A DNA stretch of 64,000 nt from a virus, in IMG/VR virus record IMGVR_UViG_3300043409_002154, positions 54,664-118,663 of that record. One strand, written 5' to 3'. A program made the translations under genes and the position numbers. Of the stretch, positions 9,145 through 18,855 are shown piece by piece. The notes beneath the pieces are model-generated. The model did not search any database. It worked only from the letters and a program-made list of their open reading frames with translations, and was not told where the DNA came from. Each line of letters opens with the position of its first letter. The stretch's first letter is position 1.

Positions 9145-10902
9145 TTGACATCAATAAAAAATAATACAATTGAACAAAAACCATTATCAATTCTAAGTGA
9201 TTATAATGGGGCCAATAATTATATAATTAATTTAAAAATAAAAAAAGAAAGTAATCATAAATTTTATTTAACCCCTTCTCAATCAGAATATTTAATTAAC
9301 TATTCAAAAATAACCCCAAAAGTCGCAAAAAAATGGGTAGACATTGACCCTTATTTTGCAAAAAAAATTGCCGACGAAAAACTATTAACTTTTATACCTG
9401 AAAAAATTTGGGTTGAAAAATTACTTGTTGAAAAAGAAAAATCTTATCATATTTGGGGAAAAATTTTATCTGGAGATACAAATTATGATTTTTGGATGCC
9501 AAAAGGGGCGTTTATTAAAACCCACGTTATTAAAGACGTAAAAATTGATTATAATAAATACTCTAATAGGTTTCCACTTGAACATCAAAAAATAGCGATT
9601 GAAAAATTGGCAGGGTCGTCAAGGTTTATTCTTGCGGACGACATGGGGTTGGGTAAAACTCTAAGTGCGGTAATAGCCGCGTTGGAAACAAATGAAAAAA
9701 GAATATTGGTAGTTTGTCCTGCAACGCTTAAAATAAATTGGAAAAGAGAATTTGAATTTTTTACAAAAAAAACAATTTTTATTGCTGAAAGTAAAACATT
9801 TTCTGACGATGCGGACATTGTGATTGTTAATTATGACATTCTTAAAAATTTTCACAATCCAAAAAACATTAAGGATTCTAGAATATATGATAAGTTTGAT
9901 GTAATAATTGCGGACGAATGTCATTATGTGTCTAACCCCCAATCAAAACGAACTAAAATTTTTAATCATTTTGCAAAAAAATCAAAATATCTATGGTTAT
10001 TGTCAGGAACCCCAATGACTAATCGTCCAATTAATTATTTTAATTTACTTTCCCTTATTGATAGTCCGGTAGCCCAAAATTGGGTAGGGTATGCGGTTCG
10101 TTATTGCGAGGGGTACCAATTCAACGCTGGAGGTCGTAAAATATGGAATGTGTCTGGAGCGTCTAATTTAGAAGAATTAAGAGAAAGAACATCAAGACAA
10201 TTTTTAAGACGATTAAAGACGGAAGTTTTAGAGTTACCTGAAAAAATAATAACCCCAATTTATTTAAAATTAAAATCAAAATTGTACGAAAACTTAATGG
10301 GGGAATATTATGATTGGTTCGATAATAAAAAAGAAGAATCAACATCACTTACAATTCAATTTAGTAAATTAATGAAAGTAAGGCAAGTTATTTCCGAAGA
10401 AAAAATAAATAATACAATTGAATTAGCCCAAAATATAATTGACCAAGATAAAAAAGTTATAATTTTTACAAATTTTACTGACACATTAAATAGGATTGCT
10501 GACCATTTTGGTAAACAATCGGTTAGATTAGATGGGTCAACCCCAAAAATACAAAGACAAGAATCAGTAGACCAATTTCAAGAAAATGAAAAAGTAAAAG
10601 TGTTTGTTGGTAATATTAGAGCGGCCGGAGTTGGAATAACTTTAACATCAGCAGAAGCGGTTATTATAAATGATTTGTCTTTTGTTCCTGGGGAATTAGC
10701 TCAAGCTGAAGACAGAGCTTATAGGTACGGCCAAAAAAATAACGTTTTGGTTTACTATCCAATATTTCATAATACTATTGAAGGGGGGATATATGATATT
10801 GTTGTTAATAAAAAACAAATCATTGATACTGTGATGGGTGATAATTTAGATAAAAGTGACGTTGTTGCTGAAATCATGAACAGAATACAAGAAAAAAGAT
10901 AA
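9145..10902 (+). CDS. SNF2-family (SMARCAL1/HARP-like) helicase
   Basis: LADDMGLGKT, DECH, LSGTP, AAGVGITLT and QAEDRAYRYGQ motifs. Confidence 0.92.
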   Translation: MTSIKNNTIEQKPLSILSDYNGANNYIINLKIKKESNHKFYLTPSQSEYLINYSKITPKVAKKWVDIDPYFAKKIADEKLLTFIPEKIWVEKLLVEKEKSYHIWGKILSGDTNYDFWMPKGAFIKTHVIKDVKIDYNKYSNRFPLEHQKIAIEKLAGSSRFILADDMGLGKTLSAVIAALETNEKRILVVCPATLKINWKREFEFFTKKTIFIAESKTFSDDADIVIVNYDILKNFHNPKNIKDSRIYDKFDVIIADECHYVSNPQSKRTKIFNHFAKKSKYLWLLSGTPMTNRPINYFNLLSLIDSPVAQNWVGYAVRYCEGYQFNAGGRKIWNVSGASNLEELRERTSRQFLRRLKTEVLELPEKIITPIYLKLKSKLYENLMGEYYDWFDNKKEESTSLTIQFSKLMKVRQVISEEKINNTIELAQNIIDQDKKVIIFTNFTDTLNRIADHFGKQSVRLDGSTPKIQRQESVDQFQENEKVKVFVGNIRAAGVGITLTSAEAVIINDLSFVPGELAQAEDRAYRYGQKNNVLVYYPIFHNTIEGGIYDIVVNKKQIIDTVMGDNLDKSDVVAEIMNRIQEKR

Positions 10903-10948
10903 GGTACCTGTTATTAACAATTACGGTCCCTTGTAATATTTATTGTAA

Positions 10949-12499
10949 ATGGAAAAATTAAAATTAAAATCACAAAAGATTGAAAAACAAATCTTATTAG
11001 CCGAAAAACAAGACGTTAAAGAAACCCTTATTACCGAAATGAAAAAAATCGGTATTGAAAAATTACCCTATTCGTACACTTCTTTAAAAAAATTTATTGA
11101 CTCTGAAACAATGTCAATACATTATAATCGTCATTATAAAAATTATGTTGAAAAATTAAACAAACTAATTTCTAAAAAAGATTATCCAGATATGGAACTT
11201 GAAGAAATTGTTAAATCTATTAGTCAATTTAATAAAGGGGTTAGAAATAACGCAGGTGGGGCGTTTAATCACGCTTTGTTTTGGAAAATGTTGTCTCCGA
11301 CAACTCAAGAACCTAATGGTGAAGTATTAGAAAGAATTAAAAAAGATTTTGGTACATATAAAAGTTTTGTTAATATGTTTCAAAACGCGGCAAAAGAAAG
11401 ATTTGGTTCTGGATGGGTTTGGTTGGTTTTAACTAAAAATAACGTATTAAAAATACTTTCTACTGAAAACCAAGACAATCCGTTAATGAATGTTGTTAAA
11501 GACGGGGGATACCCAATATTAGGGTTAGATTTATGGGAACACGCGTATTATTTAAAATATCGAAATAAAAGAGACGAATACGTTACTAATTTTTGGAAAT
11601 GCGTGAATTGGGAATTTGTTAATTCACTTTATAATTCAAGATTAAAGAAAAAAATTAATGAAACTGAAAATTTACGTAAACTTATTTCTGAAACAAAATC
11701 AAATACTTGTAGTTGGCCAGAGATTGAAGCAATTAGATTTATTTTTAATAACAATCCAAAAATTAAATATATGTACAGAACGGCTATAGATATAATTTTA
11801 TCTGAAGTTTTTCCTGAACATTATTATAAAGAAAATGAGTATGAACCAAACAGTTTATATGGGATTTATGATTTAGAACAACCTGGAAGGTCAGGAATAA
11901 ATAAATTAAACACTAATTATAACACTTTTTGTACCTTACTTAAAGATATAAATCTTGTTATTTCCCGTGAAAAAGGAAGTAACCCAATAAATAAAATAAA
12001 TATTGTTGGTGTTAAACCATTTGAACAAATATTACAAACTAAAAAATTTATTGAATATTTAAACGAATATAAATTTCGAATCTTTTCAAGAAATTCAGAA
12101 ACATTTAATAATTTAATGGTGATTTTAAAAGAAAAAGACTCTATTGGTGAAAAAAGAGAATTGTCAGTTGTCAAAAAACTTAAAGAAATTTATGGTGAAG
12201 AAAACGTAATAAAAGTAGGTGAATTAGGTAGTAAAAGAGATACTAAAGATGGTATAGATTGTGAAATAATTATAAATGGTGAGGTATTAACCGCTCAAAT
12301 AAAACCATTTTTAAAAGCGGAAGATATTGGGGAAAATTTTAAAATGCACAATACTGGAAATGTAAAACCTTACAAAACAAATTTTATTATTTTTTCAACA
12401 ATGAACAATAAAATAATGGTATTTAAAAATGATGATATTAAAATTGAGAATGGTAATTATATAATACCAAAGAAAAATTTAATTCATAATATTTATTAG
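10949..12499 (+). CDS. Mn/Fe superoxide dismutase fused to a C-terminal PD-(D/E)xK-like domain
   Basis: LPYSY, IHYNRH, NNAGGAFNHALFW, FGSGWVWL, NQDNP and DLWEHAYY. The C-terminal ~280 aa carry DGID...AQIK. Confidence 0.88.
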   Translation: MEKLKLKSQKIEKQILLAEKQDVKETLITEMKKIGIEKLPYSYTSLKKFIDSETMSIHYNRHYKNYVEKLNKLISKKDYPDMELEEIVKSISQFNKGVRNNAGGAFNHALFWKMLSPTTQEPNGEVLERIKKDFGTYKSFVNMFQNAAKERFGSGWVWLVLTKNNVLKILSTENQDNPLMNVVKDGGYPILGLDLWEHAYYLKYRNKRDEYVTNFWKCVNWEFVNSLYNSRLKKKINETENLRKLISETKSNTCSWPEIEAIRFIFNNNPKIKYMYRTAIDIILSEVFPEHYYKENEYEPNSLYGIYDLEQPGRSGINKLNTNYNTFCTLLKDINLVISREKGSNPINKINIVGVKPFEQILQTKKFIEYLNEYKFRIFSRNSETFNNLMVILKEKDSIGEKRELSVVKKLKEIYGEENVIKVGELGSKRDTKDGIDCEIIINGEVLTAQIKPFLKAEDIGENFKMHNTGNVKPYKTNFIIFSTMNNKIMVFKNDDIKIENGNYIIPKKNLIHNIY

Positions 12500-12500
12500 C

Positions 12501-13640
12501 ATGTTAAATGTTAAATTGTCAAAAAAACAATTAAAAGTTTTAGTAGAAGATATAAATAACGATATCAATTACTCATATAGACTTTGCAAACAATCAATTG
12601 ACAAAAAAATTAAAGATTCCCCTTGGTGTGAATTAAAAAATGTAAGTTATCAAGCATCAGATGTTTTAAATAAACAATTACAGGAAACTTTAAACACCTT
12701 ACTCGATTTTTTTCCTAGACATCATACAGGTATTTTACCTAACATTATTAAAATTTCACAACAAGACCAAAATAGAACTATTTCGTTTTTAAAAACAATT
12801 GCCGATTTTATAAATGACCCATTGTTTAGTAATGACCAAACTAAAAAAACATTACAGAATCTTAAAACACTTGATGAAATACCAAGTAATTTAGAAGACC
12901 TTTTAAAAGTTGTAAGAGCAAAAGAATATTCAAATTATGAAAATTCTTTTATTGGTGACGAATTTACACTTAAACGAGGAATGTTAAAATTAGATTACAA
13001 ATGTGGTGATTTAACAGAAACTAAAAATTTTTTTGAAATAATTAAAAAAATTAAACAGGATACTAAATTAGCTTCCGAATATTGTACAAAAATTATTGAA
13101 TGTATGAAATATTCAATAAATAACGTAAATATCCCACAAAAAGGGGATTTAATAACTAAATCGCCTTTATATGTTACTGAAAATGGTACCAATAAAAAGA
13201 TTTTTGATGCTAATTCTTTTTTTGAAGTTAAAAAAATGGACGTTGAAATTGATAGTTACCTTTCAGAATTTTTTTCTATTTTCAAATCAACAGAGTTAAA
13301 AAATTTAAAGCCGGAGTATATTCAAACATATAATAAAGTGATGAACGTATTATATTTGTGGGTTAAATCTTACGGAAATGAATTTTTAAATAATGTAAGT
13401 AAATCAATAAATGGTATAATTTATGATGAAAACATAATTGTCCCAACTGAAAATATTGAATTTTATTGGTCAAACAAAGGACAACGAGGTTGTGATGAAT
13501 TAAGACTTTCTATACGATTTAGAATTAAACCTCAAATTACAAAAATTAATGCGTACAAATATACTAAAGGGTCAAATGTTCTTGAAAAATTTATTTTTCA
13601 AGTGAAACAAAAAGACACTGAGCAAATAATTTGTAAATAA
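12501..13640 (+). CDS. Hypothetical protein
   Basis: 379-aa ORF with leader KLSKKQLKVLVED and a weak GD...EVK pattern. Confidence 0.6.
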   Translation: MLNVKLSKKQLKVLVEDINNDINYSYRLCKQSIDKKIKDSPWCELKNVSYQASDVLNKQLQETLNTLLDFFPRHHTGILPNIIKISQQDQNRTISFLKTIADFINDPLFSNDQTKKTLQNLKTLDEIPSNLEDLLKVVRAKEYSNYENSFIGDEFTLKRGMLKLDYKCGDLTETKNFFEIIKKIKQDTKLASEYCTKIIECMKYSINNVNIPQKGDLITKSPLYVTENGTNKKIFDANSFFEVKKMDVEIDSYLSEFFSIFKSTELKNLKPEYIQTYNKVMNVLYLWVKSYGNEFLNNVSKSINGIIYDENIIVPTENIEFYWSNKGQRGCDELRLSIRFRIKPQITKINAYKYTKGSNVLEKFIFQVKQKDTEQIICK

Positions 13641-13684
13641 TTGAGAGTTTTCAATAACTTAAATATTTATACAATAAATACTTT

Positions 13685-14812
13685 ATGTCAATTATCGCAG
13701 AACCGCAAAGAACGGAACTTTATACAAGATTGAGGCATTTACTTGGTGCTCCTCTTAGAAGTGTTGAATTAGAAGATGAGCAATTAGATTCTTTTTTACA
13801 ATTATCAATCGATGATTATTCACAATATGTTCAAGACTGGTTAATTGACTCACAATGGGCGTCTTTGGATAATCTTAATTTATCAACACAATCATTATCT
13901 AAAGCTTTTTTAACTAAAAGTTTAAATTATGAACAACGTTATTCCTACGCATATTCAAAAATAGTTGGGTTACAAGCCGGTGGAGATTCGGTCTTAAAAA
14001 AAGATTATATTGTTTTAGAGCGAAACCAACAAATTTATGAAATCCCAGCTGGAAGAGAAATTAATGAATTATTATGGTTTTCTCCAACAGAATTAAATAA
14101 CGCTATGTTTGACCCTTGGTCTTTTGGGTCATTAGGTGCTGGAGGTGGATTAGGTGGTGGAGGTGGATTAGCTCAACCGGCCGGTATGGGTGGGGGGTAT
14201 TTTATGATGCCGGCATTTGATATGTTGTTAAGAATGCAAGAGATTAACATTCAACGAAGAATTATTGCTGGAGATTTAACATATAGAATAACCGCGTTAC
14301 CTGATGGTAAAAAAGCAATTCATTTAATGAACACCCCAGGTGGTAAATTTGATTTTGGTAACGGAACTTTAACTAAAGGTAAGGTTTGGTATTGGTATTA
14401 TGATGTTGGTCCAGACGATAGAGACAAATGTTTAAAAATGAATCCAGATATTATTAAATTACCATCAGACGTACCAATGGATAAAATTTACTGGGAAGAA
14501 CTTAATAGCCCATCCCAAATTTGGATTCGTCGTTGGTTTTTTGCATACGCAAAAGAAGCTCTTGGAAGAATTCGTGGTAAATTTAGTGGTAATTTAAAAA
14601 CACCAGATAGTGAACTAACTATGGATTACGCATCGTTATTTACGGAAGCTAAAGATGAAAAACTTAAATTATTAGAAGAGTTAATTGGGGTTGAAGGTAG
14701 ATTAACAAGACTAAGGCCAGAAAAAGTTATGGAAAGAGAGGCATTAATTGCAAAATCTTTAAACGACCAAATGAAATTTAGAGCGTTTCCAAGACAAATT
14801 TATGTAATTTAA
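13685..14812 (+). CDS. Neck/head-tail adaptor protein (T4 gp13-like)
   Basis: LGAPLRSVELEDEQ at the N-terminus and AKEALGRIRGKF...L..EAKDEK at the C-terminus. Confidence 0.75.
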   Translation: MSIIAEPQRTELYTRLRHLLGAPLRSVELEDEQLDSFLQLSIDDYSQYVQDWLIDSQWASLDNLNLSTQSLSKAFLTKSLNYEQRYSYAYSKIVGLQAGGDSVLKKDYIVLERNQQIYEIPAGREINELLWFSPTELNNAMFDPWSFGSLGAGGGLGGGGGLAQPAGMGGGYFMMPAFDMLLRMQEINIQRRIIAGDLTYRITALPDGKKAIHLMNTPGGKFDFGNGTLTKGKVWYWYYDVGPDDRDKCLKMNPDIIKLPSDVPMDKIYWEELNSPSQIWIRRWFFAYAKEALGRIRGKFSGNLKTPDSELTMDYASLFTEAKDEKLKLLEELIGVEGRLTRLRPEKVMEREALIAKSLNDQMKFRAFPRQIYVI

Positions 14813-14824
14813 AAAAATAAAAAT

Positions 14825-15184
14825 ATGAGTATAATTAAAAAAGGTAATTTTATAAGAAAAACAATTGGTGAAAAACAATTTAAAGTTGATTCTTTTGTTG
14901 ATGAAGGTAAAAAATTTATAACTGAAGAAGTTTATAATACTAATGGAGAGTATCTGTTAGTAATAAAAAACGTTGACACATGTAGAGTTACTTTAGATTC
15001 GGAAACAACTGACCATATTATAATTAAAGCGTTAACAGGAACATATATTGTTCCAAAACAAGGGTTAATTGATGACCAATATGGTGAAATTTTTATTGAT
15101 AAAGGAGCTTGTGTTGAATTTTATTCCTTAGAAAACCAATGGTTTATAGTGTCTTCAGATGGACTTAAACTAGATGAAAATTAA
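14825..15184 (+). CDS. Hypothetical beta-rich protein, possibly structural
   Basis: 119-aa ORF following the neck gene. Confidence 0.55.
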   Translation: MSIIKKGNFIRKTIGEKQFKVDSFVDEGKKFITEEVYNTNGEYLLVIKNVDTCRVTLDSETTDHIIIKALTGTYIVPKQGLIDDQYGEIFIDKGACVEFYSLENQWFIVSSDGLKLDEN

Positions 15185-15185
15185 T

Positions 15186-15899
15186 TTAAAACTCTGAATA
15201 AAAAACTTTACCTCGGTCAACAAAATCTTCGGTATTTTCGTTAAATTCTAATTGAATATTATTGTCAATAGGGTTAAAAATAAATTTACCAAAAGACCCT
15301 TCATTTATTTCCCACCCACTATAAAAATTACGTAAACACTCATATAAAAAATTTTCAACATCATTATCGTAACTTACGTTTAACAATCCATTATTTTCAT
15401 CATAAACTGACGTTTCTATATCACCACTATCTCCACCGCCATGAAATTCAACATAAGCAATAGGAATACTAAATTCTGTTAATAGTTTCATAAATTTTAT
15501 AATTCCTTTATTATCTTTAAAATCGGTAAAATCGTATTCAGTGCCGGATTCACTTGTGCCAAAAACTCTTTCATTTAAAGTGATTAATATTTTACATTCT
15601 ACCGCATCAATATTAATATCTAATTCGCCACTATTATCACAATCAGAAAAAGATTTTGAAGATAATTCATTATCTTCCATAATTTGATTAATGACAGAAT
15701 CGATAGCGTCGTAACTATCAAAAAAACGTCCAGTAGATGAAATCCATTGGTCATTAAAATCGTCAATTTCACAATTGGAAATCCAAACTGTTTTATTAGT
15801 TTCGGTATGACCATGTGATTGTACATAATAAGAAAATAATTTTAAAGTTTTTTTCTGAGTCGGGCTTAAATTATCAAAATCTTCTTTTGTGTTATTCAT
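15186..15899 (-). CDS. Hypothetical protein (DUF6878-like C-terminal half)
   Basis: VEFHGGGDSG...GWEINEGSFG motif. Confidence 0.55.
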   Translation of the reverse strand: MNNTKEDFDNLSPTQKKTLKLFSYYVQSHGHTETNKTVWISNCEIDDFNDQWISSTGRFFDSYDAIDSVINQIMEDNELSSKSFSDCDNSGELDINIDAVECKILITLNERVFGTSESGTEYDFTDFKDNKGIIKFMKLLTEFSIPIAYVEFHGGGDSGDIETSVYDENNGLLNVSYDNDVENFLYECLRNFYSGWEINEGSFGKFIFNPIDNNIQLEFNENTEDFVDRGKVFYSEF

Positions 15900-15948
15900 A
15901 AATATTTTCTTTTCTTATAAATATTATAAATAATCTAAATATTAACAT

Positions 15949-18732
15949 TTAAACAAAATTTTGCCAACCTTCAGATGCGAAATCATAAATATAATCAGGA
16001 GAAACATTTATATTTTTCCAAAATGTTTGTTCATCGTTAGTAATTTCTAATAAATCTTCAATAGTGTCTTGATTTTCAGTTTTAAATGGGTGACCATTTA
16101 TTAGTTCACATTGTTCTTTAGTAAATAACCCCATATCTTCCGGATTATTAACTAACAATGAATCTCTAACAATATCTTTAAAAACCACCAATAATGGTTG
16201 AATTCGTTTATTAAAAGTGGCAATAGCTCTAGCAACATTATAATCACCTTTCATTTCTGGATTATTTTCTAAAGTTTTTTGTTCTAACAAATAACAATTA
16301 ATCTGTATTTCAGTTTTATCGGGAGGTGCCGGTTTACCGTTTTTAATTTCATACAATTCTCTTTGTTTTTTTGTCATTTTAAACGCAAAAACTTTTTGAA
16401 CATCTCCTTGAGAAGCTTTATTTGCATTGTTAACATAATAAACTACATCCCCCAAATTAGGGGTTAATTTATTTTTAATGATTAATTCCATATGAGCCAT
16501 CATACTCATAGCTCCTCCAGACTTACTTGTTTGTTTAGAACGTTTTACATAATCACTTATACTTAATTTAACTTTGGCTCGTTGAGCAATTTTCATTAAT
16601 GGAATTTGTTTATTATATATAACTGACAAATATTCATAATACCAATCAACAAATTGTTTACCATTACCCTCAAGTAACATCCTAACACCTTTATCTAAAA
16701 AATCTTCAATATAAAGAGGTAATTTTTTTGATTTAATAGTATTACCAGTTAATTTAATTTTCCCTTCATGTTCTAAAGTGGCGTAATTTTTTCTTGCTAA
16801 ATTTATACACGATTTCCAAGTACCGTCACAATCCAACCCCATCGCTCCTCTCATAAAAATATCGTTAAATTCGGCAACATCCGCATTATAACCAGTATAT
16901 TCTTTGTCTTTTTTTACTAACCAATTAAGACCTTTACCAATGTATTTTCTATTATCAACCCCATCATTTGGTAATGAAAAATTCATACCATCTGTATCAC
17001 AAACAAGTGGGGTGTATCCTCTTTTCATAAAAAATTTTAACATTTGACGAAGATATTGTCTACCGGTACAAGTAATTTTTTCTCCACAATCCATATCCCC
17101 CCAATTAAAAACGTGAGGGGCACTTAACGAACCAAAAAAAGCGTTTATAAATATTTTTAATGGTAATTGTTTACGTCCATATGATAATGATTTTTTATAA
17201 TCAATAGATTTATATTCGGACGCTAAATTTTTATACATAATACGAGAATCCCTAAAATAACCTAACATTCCTTTCATTACTCCAGTAACATCACATTTAG
17301 GAAAAACATCATGTACTAATTGTATTGAAGGGTAAAGTGAAGAATAGTCAAGTTTTAATACGTCTTTAGAATAACCAACTTTTAATAACCTTGATAACCC
17401 ACCAACAAAATCACGTTTTCCTTGTTTTTTAGGTATTGCTAATTTGTGTTTATATGACCAAGCTAACATAATCATACGCCAAAGAGTTGCAGTCCCCATT
17501 GTCGACACTCTTTCATATGTTGTGGGTACTAAAGAAGCTAATAAAAACGTACCTTGGTTAAATTCATCATCTACTAATAAAGTTTCTTCTAAGTCATCAT
17601 CAAGATATCTTTCAACAATATTATCTCCAGTTACTTTGATATACGTTCCCGGAAATCTTTTATCTAAATCATTAAATTCTGGTTTATCGGCCATTTTATA
17701 TTTGCCATTGGTAACGTTTAACCAAAATTCGTTTTTTTCTTTATACATTTTCCCAATTTCTTCGTGATTTATATAAACACGGTCAGGAGCCTCGGCATCA
17801 ATATATTTTGTAATGTATTTTAGACCTGCGGATTTTATACCAGAATTAATTGCTTGAGCTCTTCTTACAGAATGGATAATGTCAATTACATTATATCCCC
17901 ATATACCTACTTGATTGTATCGTTCAACCTCATTAGCTAATTTTAATAAATTTTCGGTTTGTTTTATTTTATGGTTTGGATTTAAAGTTTTACAAACTTT
18001 TTTAATGTCAACATTAAGTGATTTACATCTTTCAAATATCCAAAACCAATCAAAATTTGCGGAATTATATCCACCAATAATACTTGGTTTAATTTCATCA
18101 ATAATATTAAAAAACTCAATTAAACCTGATTTTTCCTCTTCTTCATTAGAACATTCAATAACTCTTTGTAAACCTTTATTGGTTTTTATACCAATCATGA
18201 AAATACGACCATCTTTAGGCTCAAGGGAAGTTGTTTCTAAGTCAAATACTAATCTTGTGATATCGTTATACTCACTATACCCTTTAAATAATCGTTTTTC
18301 TTTTTGTATAAGATATTGTTCTACAGGAGGTAAAATAGTAATTAAATCTTTTGTATTTTCCCCCCAAGGTTCAAGACCTCCATCTTTAAAAAATTGGATT
18401 AATGAACGGTACCCTTTAAGAGATTTAACCATAAACTTTAATCCCGATTCCAATCTTTCGTCCCCTTTAGTTTCAAGTTTTTCAACCATGATACCGTATT
18501 TAGACATCGCTTCTTTTTGAAGTGCTTTGGACGATTTATAAAAATTTAATTCTTTTAGGTCTCCGACCCAAGCAAATGCGGTAAAAGTGTCTTTTTTAAT
18601 TGTTTTTCCTTGACCAGGGATTTCTTTGATTTTATAAATTGAATCTGACATATAATCAAATTCAATTGACACTATATGTTCTTCTGGGTCATTACCTTCT
18701 AAAAAAGACTTTATTTCTTCTTGACTAATCAT
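15949..18732 (-). CDS. Family B DNA polymerase
   Basis: Exonuclease motifs FDLETTS and GYNSANFDW; polymerase motifs LDYSSLYPS, KIFINAFFG and CDTDG. Confidence 0.95.
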   Translation of the reverse strand: MISQEEIKSFLEGNDPEEHIVSIEFDYMSDSIYKIKEIPGQGKTIKKDTFTAFAWVGDLKELNFYKSSKALQKEAMSKYGIMVEKLETKGDERLESGLKFMVKSLKGYRSLIQFFKDGGLEPWGENTKDLITILPPVEQYLIQKEKRLFKGYSEYNDITRLVFDLETTSLEPKDGRIFMIGIKTNKGLQRVIECSNEEEEKSGLIEFFNIIDEIKPSIIGGYNSANFDWFWIFERCKSLNVDIKKVCKTLNPNHKIKQTENLLKLANEVERYNQVGIWGYNVIDIIHSVRRAQAINSGIKSAGLKYITKYIDAEAPDRVYINHEEIGKMYKEKNEFWLNVTNGKYKMADKPEFNDLDKRFPGTYIKVTGDNIVERYLDDDLEETLLVDDEFNQGTFLLASLVPTTYERVSTMGTATLWRMIMLAWSYKHKLAIPKKQGKRDFVGGLSRLLKVGYSKDVLKLDYSSLYPSIQLVHDVFPKCDVTGVMKGMLGYFRDSRIMYKNLASEYKSIDYKKSLSYGRKQLPLKIFINAFFGSLSAPHVFNWGDMDCGEKITCTGRQYLRQMLKFFMKRGYTPLVCDTDGMNFSLPNDGVDNRKYIGKGLNWLVKKDKEYTGYNADVAEFNDIFMRGAMGLDCDGTWKSCINLARKNYATLEHEGKIKLTGNTIKSKKLPLYIEDFLDKGVRMLLEGNGKQFVDWYYEYLSVIYNKQIPLMKIAQRAKVKLSISDYVKRSKQTSKSGGAMSMMAHMELIIKNKLTPNLGDVVYYVNNANKASQGDVQKVFAFKMTKKQRELYEIKNGKPAPPDKTEIQINCYLLEQKTLENNPEMKGDYNVARAIATFNKRIQPLLVVFKDIVRDSLLVNNPEDMGLFTKEQCELINGHPFKTENQDTIEDLLEITNDEQTFWKNINVSPDYIYDFASEGWQNFV

Positions 18733-18750
18733 ATTATATTTTTTTAAAAT

Positions 18751-18784
18751 GACATATTAGCTCTGATTTTAAATCAGGTTTGTC
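18751..18784 (-). promoter_or_regulatory. Hairpin in the 5' leader of the DNA polymerase gene
   Basis: mRNA sense GACA-AAC-CUGAUU-UAA-AAUCAG-AGCUAAUA-UGUC, ending about 18 nt before the ATG. Confidence 0.4.
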
Positions 18785-18829
18785 TTGTTTCTATAAATAT
18801 ATTGGAAATCTTTAGTTAAGTCAAATAAT

Positions 18830-18853
18830 AAAAAAAGACCCGAAGGTCTTTTT
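18830..18853 (-). terminator. Intrinsic terminator with a C(UUCG)G tetraloop after the LCIB-like gene
   Basis: Minus strand reads AAAAAGACC-TTCG-GGTCTTTTTTT. Confidence 0.85.
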
Positions 18854-18855
18854 GT

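Noticed and set aside
17444-18520. Antisense ORFs of 107 and 201 aa within the polymerase gene
   Set aside because: They are shadow ORFs opposite a well-supported gene and have no motifs. The same applies to other short antisense or overlapping ORFs in the track, such as 400-633, 4265-4549, 35018-35350 and 48683-49021.
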